Origin: Candidatus Eiseniibacteriota bacterium
Lineage (GTDB): Bacteria > Eisenbacteria > RBG-16-71-46
NCBI GenBank assembly: GCA_031364845.1
Contig: JANLWX010000169.1
Span: forward strand, 1 to 18,053
Length of the DNA: 18,053 nucleotides
Reading direction: 5' to 3'
Every line of letters begins with the position of its first letter. The stretch's first letter is position 1. Positions 1 to 8,524 of this stretch are shown here, in pieces. The position numbers were made by a program, and so were the translations under genes. The notes under the pieces were generated by a model. That model was not told the DNA's origin. It did not search any database and saw nothing but the letters and a program-made list of their open reading frames with translations.

Positions 1-880
1 CGACCACCTGTTCGCTGGGCCCATCCTCGACCAGGCGGCCCCGGTAGAGCACGAGGATGCGATCCGCGAGGTAGCGGGCGGAGGCCAGATCGTGGGTGAT
101 GAGCAGGATCGCAAGCCCGCGCTCGCGCTTGAGCTGGGCCAGCAGGTTGAGCACGCCCATGCGAATCGAAACATCGAGCATCGAGGTCGGCTCATCGGCG
201 ACCAGGAGATCCGGGGCGACCGCGAGCGCCCGGGCGATGGCGACCCGCTGACGCTGACCACCCGAGAGTTCGTGCGGATAGCGCCCGATGAACTCCTCCG
301 CCGGATCGAGCCCGACCGTCCGCAACAATTCGAGAACTCGAGCCCGAATCTCGGCGGCCGGGATCTTGCGTCGCCGCCGTGGAGCACCGCTTGCAGTTTT
401 CGGTGGGGCTTCCGGATCCGACGCGGAACCGAGCCGGGCCAGCGGCCGTTCGAGATGGTGGCCGACATCGTGCGCGGGATTGAGCGAACCGTGCCGCACC
501 AGCGGCCGCTCCAGATGGTGGCCGACACAGTGGACGGGATTGAGCGAGCCGAACGGATCCTGGAACACCATTTGGACCCGGCCACGATAGGCGAGCGTCG
601 CCCGGTTGGGCTCACTGGTCAGAACATCGTTGCCGGAGAGCCTGATCTCACCGCGATCCGCGGTTTCGAGGCGGAGCAGGATCCGGGCGATCGTGCTCTT
701 GCCGCTGCCCGACTCTCCGACCAGCGCGACCGCCTCACCGCGATCGATCGAGAACGAGACGTCGCGCGCGGCACAGACTTCCGTCGCCCGGGCGAACATC
801 CTCTTGGAGGAGAACGTCTTCCGCAGGTCTCGAACCTCGAGCAGCGGCGCCCGCGGATTGGTGCGCGCAGCGACCGTCAT
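1..880 (-). CDS. Oligopeptide/dipeptide (Opp/Dpp)-family ABC transporter ATP-binding protein, 3' end runs off the window; probably oligosaccharide import given the context
   Basis: Not in the ORF track. Manual translation from ATG at 880: MTVAARTNPRAPLLEVRDLRKTF...GESGSGKST (Walker A), QMVFQDPFGSLNP (Q-loop), YPHELSGGQRQRVAIARAL (signature), LLVADEPTSMLD (Walker B), LITHDL (H-loop). Frame stays open to position 2. Confidence 0.95.
   Translation of the reverse strand, partial: MTVAARTNPRAPLLEVRDLRKTFSSKRMFARATEVCAARDVSFSIDRGEAVALVGESGSGKSTIARILLRLETADRGEIRLSGNDVLTSEPNRATLAYRGRVQMVFQDPFGSLNPVHCVGHHLERPLVRHGSLNPAHDVGHHLERPLARLGSASDPEAPPKTASGAPRRRRKIPAAEIRARVLELLRTVGLDPAEEFIGRYPHELSGGQRQRVAIARALAVAPDLLVADEPTSMLDVSIRMGVLNLLAQLKRERGLAILLITHDLASARYLADRILVLYRGRLVEDGPSEQVV
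431..550. repeat. Imperfect in-frame tandem duplication, 2 x 60 bp, inside the ABC ATPase gene
   Basis: 431-490 versus 491-550 match at 50/60 positions by hand count; encodes GSLNPVHCVGHHLERPLVRH / GSLNPAHDVGHHLERPLARL. Confidence 0.9.
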
Positions 881-905
881 CGCGTGGCGAAACCCCCAAT
901 AAAAT

Positions 906-930
906 ACTTTGTTCGCATAGCGAACATAGT
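906..930. promoter_or_regulatory. 25-bp palindromic operator, candidate sugar-responsive repressor site (ROK-like)
   Basis: ACTTTGTTCGC-ATA-GCGAACATAGT with 10/11 arm symmetry, in an AT-rich patch between divergent genes, overlapping the putative -10/+1 region of the ABC gene. Confidence 0.7.
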
Positions 931-954
931 CTAGGATCGTCCTGCGGCTGTCAA
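926..954 (-). promoter_or_regulatory. Putative sigma70 promoter for the ABC transporter operon
   Basis: Consensus -35 TTGACA (954-949); -10 is either TAGACT (933-928, 15-bp spacer) or GACTAT (931-926, 17-bp spacer). Confidence 0.5.
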
Positions 955-1110
955 GGGAAGTCGGGGGCAAGGGACCCCCGGCGACCCTGACCGCGCAACA
1001 GTCATCGGATCGGCGCCCCCGTGCATTCGCGAGCATGTGCGAGTGAGGGCACGCCGGCCCGTCATGGCGCAGAGATCACGATGCCCACTGCATCCAGGAG
1101 GTCACAACGC

Positions 1111-2085
1111 ATGTTCCTTCGAGCGACCACAATCTTCGCGGCGGCGTTCCTGTCGCTCGCACCAGTGTCGAGCCAGGCCGCCCTCTCGGCCTATAGCCAG
1201 GACTTCGAAAGCATGACGCTGGCGGATCCCAACGCCCTGAGCAACAACGGATGGCTCGTCTATGGAAATGTCTTCACTCCGGCGAAAGTATATATCTATG
1301 GATACGGTCCATTTCCGGCGCCCAATCCGGGTAGCGGCTTCTGCGCGGTCGACGCGGGCCAGGGCGGCGTGCCACAGGGTGCGCAGCAACTGAGTGTCTA
1401 CAGTGACTACAACAACATCGATCACGGGAACGGGAGACTGATCGAGTCGAACGTGTACCGCGAGCAGACGATCAGCGCCGTTGACGTCGGTAAGACCTGG
1501 GTGTTCCAGTTCGATGCCAAACTCGGCAATCTGGTCGCGCCCTCGACCGCGCTCGCGTTCATCAAGACGCTCGATCCCAGCAACGGCTACAAGACGACCC
1601 ACTTCCACCAGGTCAACATGACCGCGATCCCGGCATCCTGGGGCACCTACACGATCAGGATCCCCATCCACCCCAACTTGGTGGGCCAGCTGCTGCAGAT
1701 CGGCTTTGCCAATACCGCGACGGGCTATGTCGCATCCGGGGTCTACTACGACAACGTGATCTTCTTCCGGCTGCCCACCACGGACGTGGATGGAACGCCG
1801 CTCGCGGACGCGCTTCAGTTGCGCGCCGCCGCCCCCAACCCGTTCCGGTTCTCGACGCGCATCGAATACGCGATCGCGCGTGGAGGCATGACCGATCTCA
1901 GCGTCTTCGACATCACGGGACGCCGGGTTGCGACACTCTTCCACGGTCAGGCGAATCCCGGCCAGCACGCGGCGACATGGGACGGACGGGCCACTGACGG
2001 CCGCCTTGCGGCAACCGGAGTCTATCGATACGTGCTCCAGACGGACGCGGGTCGCCAGGAACGAAGTCTTGTACTGAATCGCTGA
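1111..2085 (+). CDS. Secreted protein: uncharacterised N-terminal beta-rich (CBM-like) domain plus C-terminal FlgD-Ig-like domain
   Basis: GGAGG SD at 1097-1101 before ATG 1111 (preferred to the track start at 1021). Signal peptide MFLRATTIFAAAFLSLAPVSSQA. Domain runs from YSQDFE to YYDNV. Tail APNPF...FDITGRRVATL...TWDGR...TGVY. Confidence 0.8.
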   Translation: MFLRATTIFAAAFLSLAPVSSQAALSAYSQDFESMTLADPNALSNNGWLVYGNVFTPAKVYIYGYGPFPAPNPGSGFCAVDAGQGGVPQGAQQLSVYSDYNNIDHGNGRLIESNVYREQTISAVDVGKTWVFQFDAKLGNLVAPSTALAFIKTLDPSNGYKTTHFHQVNMTAIPASWGTYTIRIPIHPNLVGQLLQIGFANTATGYVASGVYYDNVIFFRLPTTDVDGTPLADALQLRAAAPNPFRFSTRIEYAIARGGMTDLSVFDITGRRVATLFHGQANPGQHAATWDGRATDGRLAATGVYRYVLQTDAGRQERSLVLNR

Positions 2086-2092
2086 AGCCACC

Positions 2093-2123
2093 GGCGGGCG
2101 GCCCTCTCATGCGGCCGCCCGCC
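2093..2123 (+). terminator. Stem-loop after the first secreted gene (terminator or mRNA-stabilising hairpin)
   Basis: Perfect 11-bp stem GGCGGGCGGCC / GGCCGCCCGCC with a 9-nt loop; the U-tract is weak (CTGTATTCT). Confidence 0.5.
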
Positions 2124-2185
2124 CTGTATTCTGAACGGCCGCGCTGCGCGCCGGTGCGCGAAACATCACCCTGCGGAGTCCCTGA

Positions 2186-3793
2186 GTGTTTCATCCCAGA
2201 ATGGTGCTGGCCGCGATCGCGACCATCGTGTGCTCTCTGGCGGCCGGCGGCAGCGCTACCGCGCAATGCATGCTCGCCAATCCGAGCTTCGAAGTGCTCG
2301 GCTCCGGCGGATCGGTCTTCGCAGGCTGGAATCAGTTCGGGCCGTGCGCGTCCTCGACCGGCGCCGCACACGGATCACGTTCCGCCCGCGTCACGGGGCC
2401 CAACACCGGCGGCTTCGACGTCTCCGGATTCTGGCAGTCGCAAGACTCCGCACCAGGCCAGAGATGGTCGGCGTCGGTGTGTGTATCCAACACCTCGGCG
2501 AGCCCGCTGGCCGGTCAGTCCCAGGCGCTTCTCAACATCGAGTGGCGCAACGCAGCCGGCACTCTCATCTCGTACGAGTCTCACACCGCCGCCAGCGCCT
2601 CGACCCCGCTCGATGCCTGGCGTGTGTATTCGGTCGAGAGCCAGCCGGCGCCAGCGGGCACCGCGTCGATGCGACTGCTGCTCGGCGTGCTCCAGGGGCC
2701 AGCCGATCCGACACCGCAGATCCTGTTCGACGCCGCGACATGCGTGAGCCTTGGCCCGCCCACGTTGGAGACCCTGCAGTGGGGCGATTTCGGAGGCGGG
2801 CGCACACTGAGCTTCAGCGGGCGTACCTGGCGCGTGAAGGGCCCCGGCTACTTCGGACCAGGACCCAATCTCTTCGACAACAGCACCGCCGCCGCCTCGG
2901 TCGATGCCAATAGCCGGCTTCACCTGACGATCCACAAGATCGGCAGCGCCTGGTACAGCAGCGAAGTCGTACTCAACGATGCGCTGGGATACGGCGACTA
3001 CATCGTCACGACGCGCGGCCGATTGGACCTGCTCGACAGGAACACCGTACTCGGGATTTTCCTGTGGGAATACGGCTCCTGCTACGACTCGGGCTACCTG
3101 TGGTGGAATCCCTACAACGAGATCGACATCGAGTACAGCCGCTGGGGTGCTGCCGGCAATTCGAATTCGCAGTTCGTGGCCCAACCCTACGACGCCCCCG
3201 GCAACATCCATCGGTTCAACACCACTTTTGCGGACAACGAAGTGACAAGTCACGCCATGCGCTGGTTGCCGCAACGCGTGGAGTATCGTACCTGGCGCGG
3301 CGGGCCAGATGCCGAGTCGCCCGCGAACATGATCGCGTCGTGGACCTACACCGGCCCTCACATTCCGCGACCGGAGTCGCCGCGCGTTCACCTCAACATG
3401 TGGCAACTGGCCGCCCCCGCGGTCACTCAGGAGGTGGTGTTCGATGCGTTCACGTTCCATCCCGCCTGCCCCTCGGGCAACTGCGGCGTGCTGGCGGTTG
3501 CGACACCCCCAGTGGGCTCGATACGGTTGGCGGCGGCGGCCCCCAACCCGCTCACTTCGCGAACCACGATCCGCTTCTCGATGGCGGTGCCTGGCAACGC
3601 GGAACTCTCGGTTCTGGACATTACGGGACGGCGATTGCGTCGTCTCTTGAATGAACCCATGAGCCCCGGCGACCATGCGGTTACCTGGGACGGACGCAAT
3701 GAGTCCGGTCAGCGCGTTCCGCCCGGAGTCTATCTCTACCGGCTTCAGTCGGCGGGAAGCGCGGACACGAAGCGTGTAGTCGTTCTCCAGTGA
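2186..3793 (+). CDS. Secreted GH16-family glycoside hydrolase (probable beta-glucanase) with N-terminal CBM-like domain and C-terminal FlgD-Ig-like domain
   Basis: Signal peptide; LANPSFE...LFD CBM-like module; GH16 catalytic motif E-I-D-I-E (NEIDIEYSRWG); tail APNPL...LDITGRR...TWDGRNESGQRVPPGVYLYRL. GGAG 7 nt upstream of GTG 2186. Confidence 0.85.
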   Translation: MFHPRMVLAAIATIVCSLAAGGSATAQCMLANPSFEVLGSGGSVFAGWNQFGPCASSTGAAHGSRSARVTGPNTGGFDVSGFWQSQDSAPGQRWSASVCVSNTSASPLAGQSQALLNIEWRNAAGTLISYESHTAASASTPLDAWRVYSVESQPAPAGTASMRLLLGVLQGPADPTPQILFDAATCVSLGPPTLETLQWGDFGGGRTLSFSGRTWRVKGPGYFGPGPNLFDNSTAAASVDANSRLHLTIHKIGSAWYSSEVVLNDALGYGDYIVTTRGRLDLLDRNTVLGIFLWEYGSCYDSGYLWWNPYNEIDIEYSRWGAAGNSNSQFVAQPYDAPGNIHRFNTTFADNEVTSHAMRWLPQRVEYRTWRGGPDAESPANMIASWTYTGPHIPRPESPRVHLNMWQLAAPAVTQEVVFDAFTFHPACPSGNCGVLAVATPPVGSIRLAAAAPNPLTSRTTIRFSMAVPGNAELSVLDITGRRLRRLLNEPMSPGDHAVTWDGRNESGQRVPPGVYLYRLQSAGSADTKRVVVLQ

Positions 3794-3812
3794 TCTCGGA
3801 TCGAGGCTGGCA

Positions 3813-6800
3813 TTGACTGATGGGGATCTGGATGTGAGGGACGCTCCGCGCGCGCGGCAAGGCGCTCGTCCGTCGAACTCGGTGATGGAGCCTCCGGTCG
3901 CCGATTCGTCCGCGACCAAGCACGACCGGCGGGGGCCCACCGGGGAATTCGTGATGCTGGAAGGCGAAGCGTTCTATCGCATCCACGCCGTCGACACATT
4001 GCCGCCATTCCTGATGAACATCCCCACTGATACGGATCTGTGGATGTTCATCTCTTCGACGGGCGGACTCACCGCCGGCCGGCGGGATCCCGATGGCGCT
4101 CTGTTCCCCTATGAGACGGTCGACAGGCTGCACGATGCGCCTCATCACACGGGCCCTGTCACGCTCGTCCGCGTCGAACGCAGGGGAGCGCAACCGCTCG
4201 CATGGGAGCCCTTCGCGCCGAGCCCGCCCGTGGGCGGAGCTACATCGCGATCACTCAGCAAGAACACGATCGGGAATCAGTTGGTGTTCGAGGAGATTCA
4301 TCACCAGGCGCAGCTCGCGTTTCGATACCGTTGGGCGGGAAGTGACGAGACCGGGTGGGTGCGCACGGCGACGCTGACGAATCTCGGCCGTGAACGGGTG
4401 ACGCTCTCGCTGCTCGATGGTTTGAGGAACATCCTGCCGAGTGGTGTACCGCTTGCCCTGTATCAGCACTCGAGTTGCCTCGTCGATGCCTACAAGCGCG
4501 CGGATATCGATGCCCGATCCGGCCTGGGAATCTACTCCCTCACCGCACGGATCAGTGATCGTCCGGAGCCGGCCGAGGAACTGCGCGCCACCACGGTGTG
4601 GGGCCACGGTCTTGCCGAATCACGCGTTGCCGTTTCGCCGGAAGCTCTCGCTGCGTTCCGTCTGGGGATTCCGGTTCGCGGAGAGAACGTGCTCACCGGA
4701 CGCCGTGGCAACTATCTCGTGATCTCAACTCTGACGCTCGAACCCGGCGCCAGCGCCGAGTGGCACATCGCCGCGGACACCAGGCGGAGCCACATCGAGG
4801 TCTCCCGATTGCGCGCCCGGCTGCTCGATCCCGAAAGCGTCGGTCCCTGGGTCCGGGACTCGATCCAGGCTGCTGGTGAGAACCTCCGTCGCAGCGTTGG
4901 AAGCGCCGATGGCATTCAACTCACCCAACGCGCGGAGGACTCCGTACATCACTTCGCCAACGTTCTGTACAACAATCTCCGGGGCGGGGTGTTCGTCGAG
5001 AACTACTCCTTCCCCACGGCGGATCTGATCGCTTTCCTCGAGTCACGCAACCGCGAGGTCGCGGGCCGACACGCCGAACTCCTCACCGGCCTCACCGCCC
5101 AGCCGACGGTGACGGACCTGCATCACGTGGCGGAGTTGACGGGTGATGCGGACCTGCGACGCCTGTGCTTCGAATACCTGCCGCTCTATTTCGGCCGCAG
5201 GCACGGGGATCCGAGTCGCCCATGGAACCGCTTCTCGATCCGTGTGCGAAATCCGGATGGCAGCCAGGCGTTGCGCTACGAGGGGAACTGGCGCGATGTC
5301 TTTCAGAACTGGGAGGCGCTGACCCTCAGCTTCCCCGGATTCCTCCCCAGCATGATCGCCAAGTTCGTGAACGCCTCGACCGTTGACGGCTTCAATCCCT
5401 ATCGCATCGCCCGCGACGGCGTCGATTGGGAAGTGTTCGACCCCGGTCACCCGTGGAGCGGCATCGGTTACTGGGGCGATCATCAGATCGTGTACCTGCT
5501 CAAGTTCCTAGAGTCCATGCACCGTCACATCCCCGGTGGCCTCGAGGACATTCTGGGGCAGGAGATCTTCAGCTACGCCGATGTTCCCTACCGCCTGAGG
5601 TCCTACGCGGAGATGCTCGCCCATCCGCGTTCGACGATCACATTCGACGAGACGCGGCACGCGGACATCATGAGCCGCGTGACCGCGAATGGCGGCGATG
5701 AAAAGCTCGTCCATTCGGCTGATGGGACCGTGTACCACGTCAGCCTGCTCGAGAAACTCATCGTCCCGGCGCTCACCAAACTGTCGTGTCTCGTGCCCGA
5801 CGGCGGAATCTGGATGAACACCGAACGTCCGGAGTGGAACGACGCGAACAACGCGCTCGTCGGCAACGGACTCTCCGTCGTGACGCTAAGCTACTTGCGC
5901 AGGTATCTCAACTTCCTCGACGGCCTCCTGACCTCGGCACCGCTGACCGGTGCTCCCGTTTCGGCCGAAGTGGTGGGGTGGTTCCGGCAGGTGGCGCACA
6001 CCCTCGAACTGCACCGCACAGCGCTCGACGCCGGATCGATGGACGACTGTAGTCGCAAGCAGGTGATGGACGCATTGGGCATCGCCTTCTCTTCGTATCG
6101 TGAACGGGTTTACGCCCATGGCTTCTCCGCGAAGGTCCGGCTCGATACCCGCGAGGTGCTCGCCCTGTGCCGCAGCGCCCGTGACCACGTCGATCATGCG
6201 ATCCGGGCGAACCGGCGTGACGACGGTTTGTACCACGCATACAACCTGCTCGAGATCAGCGACGATGGCACGCGTGCCTCGATCCGTCCGCTGGGTGTGA
6301 TGCTCGAAGGCCAGGTCGCGGCGCTGAGTTCCGGACTCGTCAGCGCAACCGAGGCCACGGAACTGCTGGCCCAACTTGCCGCGAGTCCGCTCTACCGTCC
6401 GGACCAGGACAGCTTCCTGCTGTATCCGGAGAAGTCACTGCCGACGTACCTCGAACGCAACCTGATCCCGGAAACGAAGGCGTCGGCCGTGCCGCTCGTC
6501 GGCGAACTCATCGCCGCGGGCGACTCATCGATCGTCGAGCGCGATGCTGAAAGCGCGTTACGCTTCCATAGCGACTTCAGCAACTCTCGCGACCTCGAGG
6601 CCGCCCTCGAGCGACTGGAACAGCGTGAGCCATGGACTCGCTCCGTCGCGCGCGACCGCCACGCGCTCATCGCCCTGTTCGTGGACGTGTTCGGTCATAG
6701 CACGTTCACCGGACGTTCCGGAACGATGTACGCCTATGAAGGGCTCGGCTGTGTCTACTGGCACATGGTGACCAAACTGCTGCTCGCGGTTCAGGAAGCC

Positions 6801-7367
6801 GCCCTGGCAGCGTATGCGAACGGCGAAGACGAGAACGTCTGTGAATCCCTGGCTCGAGACTACTATCGGATTCGAGGCGGCCTGGGCTTCGAGAAGTCGG
6901 TGCTCGACTACGGCGCGTTCCCTTCAGACCCGTACTCGCACACGCCCGCGCATGCGGGAGCACAACAGCCGGGCATGACCGGGCAGGTGAAAGAGGAGAT
7001 CCTCACCCGCTTCGGCGAATTGGGCGTGCGGATACAGGAAGGCCTCGTGGGATTCGACCCCGTGCTGCTGAGGCGAAGCGAGTTCCTCACGCAGCCCGGC
7101 ACGTATCGCTGCTTCGACCTCTCAGGGACGTTGCAGGCGATCGAAGTGCCCGCGCGCGCACTCGCCTTTACTTACTGTCAGGTGCCGGTCGTCTACACCT
7201 TGACCCGCGGCGATGCCTGGGTCCGGGTCACGATGGACGATGGGGTCGCGCATCAGCGATCGGGTTGCTGGCTCACCTCGAGTGACAGCGACAGAATCAC
7301 AAGCCGCCTCGGCGGCATTCTGCGAGTCGATGTCGGCGTCCCCGAGGGACGACTCCTCCCGGGTTAG
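3813..7367 (+). CDS. Probable GH149-family beta-1,3-glucan phosphorylase (start codon uncertain)
   Basis: ~1180 aa with no signal peptide. Blocks recalled as typical of GH149: RRHGDPSRPWNRF, YEGNWRDVFQNWEAL, GYWGDHQIVYL, GIWMNTERPEWNDANNALVG, YEGLGCVYWHMV, GAFPSDPYSHTP...QQPGMTGQVKE. Directly follows a GH16 gene. Family assignment is from memory, not an HMM search. Confidence 0.8.
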   Translation: MTDGDLDVRDAPRARQGARPSNSVMEPPVADSSATKHDRRGPTGEFVMLEGEAFYRIHAVDTLPPFLMNIPTDTDLWMFISSTGGLTAGRRDPDGALFPYETVDRLHDAPHHTGPVTLVRVERRGAQPLAWEPFAPSPPVGGATSRSLSKNTIGNQLVFEEIHHQAQLAFRYRWAGSDETGWVRTATLTNLGRERVTLSLLDGLRNILPSGVPLALYQHSSCLVDAYKRADIDARSGLGIYSLTARISDRPEPAEELRATTVWGHGLAESRVAVSPEALAAFRLGIPVRGENVLTGRRGNYLVISTLTLEPGASAEWHIAADTRRSHIEVSRLRARLLDPESVGPWVRDSIQAAGENLRRSVGSADGIQLTQRAEDSVHHFANVLYNNLRGGVFVENYSFPTADLIAFLESRNREVAGRHAELLTGLTAQPTVTDLHHVAELTGDADLRRLCFEYLPLYFGRRHGDPSRPWNRFSIRVRNPDGSQALRYEGNWRDVFQNWEALTLSFPGFLPSMIAKFVNASTVDGFNPYRIARDGVDWEVFDPGHPWSGIGYWGDHQIVYLLKFLESMHRHIPGGLEDILGQEIFSYADVPYRLRSYAEMLAHPRSTITFDETRHADIMSRVTANGGDEKLVHSADGTVYHVSLLEKLIVPALTKLSCLVPDGGIWMNTERPEWNDANNALVGNGLSVVTLSYLRRYLNFLDGLLTSAPLTGAPVSAEVVGWFRQVAHTLELHRTALDAGSMDDCSRKQVMDALGIAFSSYRERVYAHGFSAKVRLDTREVLALCRSARDHVDHAIRANRRDDGLYHAYNLLEISDDGTRASIRPLGVMLEGQVAALSSGLVSATEATELLAQLAASPLYRPDQDSFLLYPEKSLPTYLERNLIPETKASAVPLVGELIAAGDSSIVERDAESALRFHSDFSNSRDLEAALERLEQREPWTRSVARDRHALIALFVDVFGHSTFTGRSGTMYAYEGLGCVYWHMVTKLLLAVQEAALAAYANGEDENVCESLARDYYRIRGGLGFEKSVLDYGAFPSDPYSHTPAHAGAQQPGMTGQVKEEILTRFGELGVRIQEGLVGFDPVLLRRSEFLTQPGTYRCFDLSGTLQAIEVPARALAFTYCQVPVVYTLTRGDAWVRVTMDDGVAHQRSGCWLTSSDSDRITSRLGGILRVDVGVPEGRLLPG

Positions 7368-7399
7368 CCGCAACTCCAGCCCACGAACGCGTGGCGCTC

Positions 7400-7846
7400 T
7401 CACCCGCGCCGCAGGGCGCAGATCGCGCGATCCAGCGCTTGCAGGAAGTTCGAGCGGTCGCGCGGCTGAAAGGGTGCGGGGCCGCCGGATTCGATTCCGG
7501 CGCCCCGCATGTCGGCGAGCAGATTCCGCGTCGCCAGAGCGTCTCCGATGTTGGAAACGGTGAAGGGCCGGCCCGTTGGTCCGAGCACGCAGGCCCCTCG
7601 TTCCAGACAGCGCGCGGCGAGCGGAATGTCGGCCGTGACCACGATGTCGTTCGTCGTGACTTGCCCCACGATCCAGTCATCGGCCGCGTCGAAGCCCTCG
7701 CCGGCCACGTGGAGCGTGATGCTCGCATCGGCCGGAGTTCGCATCCACGTCCCGACCACCAGGGTCACCGGCAATGAGTAACGCCGCGCGACCTTGTAGG
7801 TTTCTTCCTTGACGGGACACGCGTCCGCATCGACGAAGATCTGCAG
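7400..7846 (-). CDS. yaiI: YaiI/YqxD family (UPF0178) protein, apparent CTG start
   Basis: The frame extends upstream of the track ORF to (L)QIFVDADACPVKEETYKVARRY; also has FDAADDWIV, VVTADIPLAARCL and GGPAPF motifs; 148 aa; GAGGG just upstream of CTG 7846. Confidence 0.88.
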   Translation of the reverse strand: MQIFVDADACPVKEETYKVARRYSLPVTLVVGTWMRTPADASITLHVAGEGFDAADDWIVGQVTTNDIVVTADIPLAARCLERGACVLGPTGRPFTVSNIGDALATRNLLADMRGAGIESGGPAPFQPRDRSNFLQALDRAICALRRG

Positions 7847-7873
7847 GGGAGCCCTCGATTGCTGAGGTCGGGT

Positions 7874-8062
7874 CTATCCCACGCGCACATTGCTGATCGG
7901 TCCGAAAAGACCGAACGCGCGGAGCAGCCACAGCACGACCCCGACGACGACGACGATGTTGAGGATCTGTTTGATCTTGGCATCCATCGGGATGTAGCTG
8001 TTCACGAGCCACAACAACACACCCACCACGATCAGCGTGACCACGACGTTCATGAGCGGCAT
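7874..8062 (-). CDS. Small two-helix membrane protein (Thivi_2564-like family)
   Basis: 62 aa MPLMNVVVTLIVVGVLLWLVNSYIPMDAKIKQILNIVVVVGVVLWLL...; two hydrophobic helices around IPM; AGGAG SD upstream. Confidence 0.85.
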   Translation of the reverse strand: MPLMNVVVTLIVVGVLLWLVNSYIPMDAKIKQILNIVVVVGVVLWLLRAFGLFGPISNVRVG

Positions 8063-8428
8063 TCGGTACTCCTATCGGATTGCGGCCAGGGCGCCCGGTA
8101 CATGGCGCGGACCTCCCGTGATCGTCCACGCGAGGCAAGGGACGTGTGAACCCTCGGCATCATCCGTGCCAGCGATTCAGCTCCTAAATGCCTGTGATAT
8201 CAACAGGTTTCGGCTGGCCCGCACCCTTCCCGGGTAACTCCGGCGTGAATCGCAGACAGAAGTACACCATGTTCCCTGAATCGACTGCCCACGCGTGCAT
8301 CTAACGGTGCCGCTGGCGAAAGGCGGATCTCATCGGCCAGCGGACACCAACCCTGCTGGTCTCGTGCATGAGTGACGCGGCGCTCGCCCATTGGAGTGTT
8401 CGCGCACTTCGACACGGACATGCGCGGG

Positions 8429-8468
8429 AGGCGGCCCGGTTCCTCGCATGAGGACCGGGCCTCGCCTA
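8429..8468. terminator. GC-rich hairpin downstream of tadA, possible terminator
   Basis: AGGCGGCCCGGTTCCTC-GCAT-GAGGACCGGGCCTCGCCT imperfect inverted repeat about 60 nt past the tadA stop; no clear U-tract. Confidence 0.4.
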
Positions 8469-8524
8469 TTGGGCGGCGGAGCCCGACGCGGCCTGCGTGT
8501 GCGAGCGCGCTTCACTCGAAGACA

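Noticed and set aside
910..926. TGTTC-N7-GAACA as a LexA/SOS box
   Set aside because: Spacing and orientation do not match the LexA boxes I know, the symmetry extends to 25 bp, and the flanking genes are carbohydrate-related.
92..934. 280-aa + strand ORF
   Set aside because: Antisense shadow of the minus-strand ABC ATPase, which has all the canonical motifs.
1102..3940. Long minus-strand ORFs 1102-2091 and 2375-3940, and alternative-frame ORFs in this region
   Set aside because: Shadows of well-supported + strand genes; long open frames are expected at this GC content.
8063..8524. SRP RNA or a small gene in the spacer downstream of tadA
   Set aside because: No SRP domain IV motif seen, and the short ORFs lack coding-like composition.
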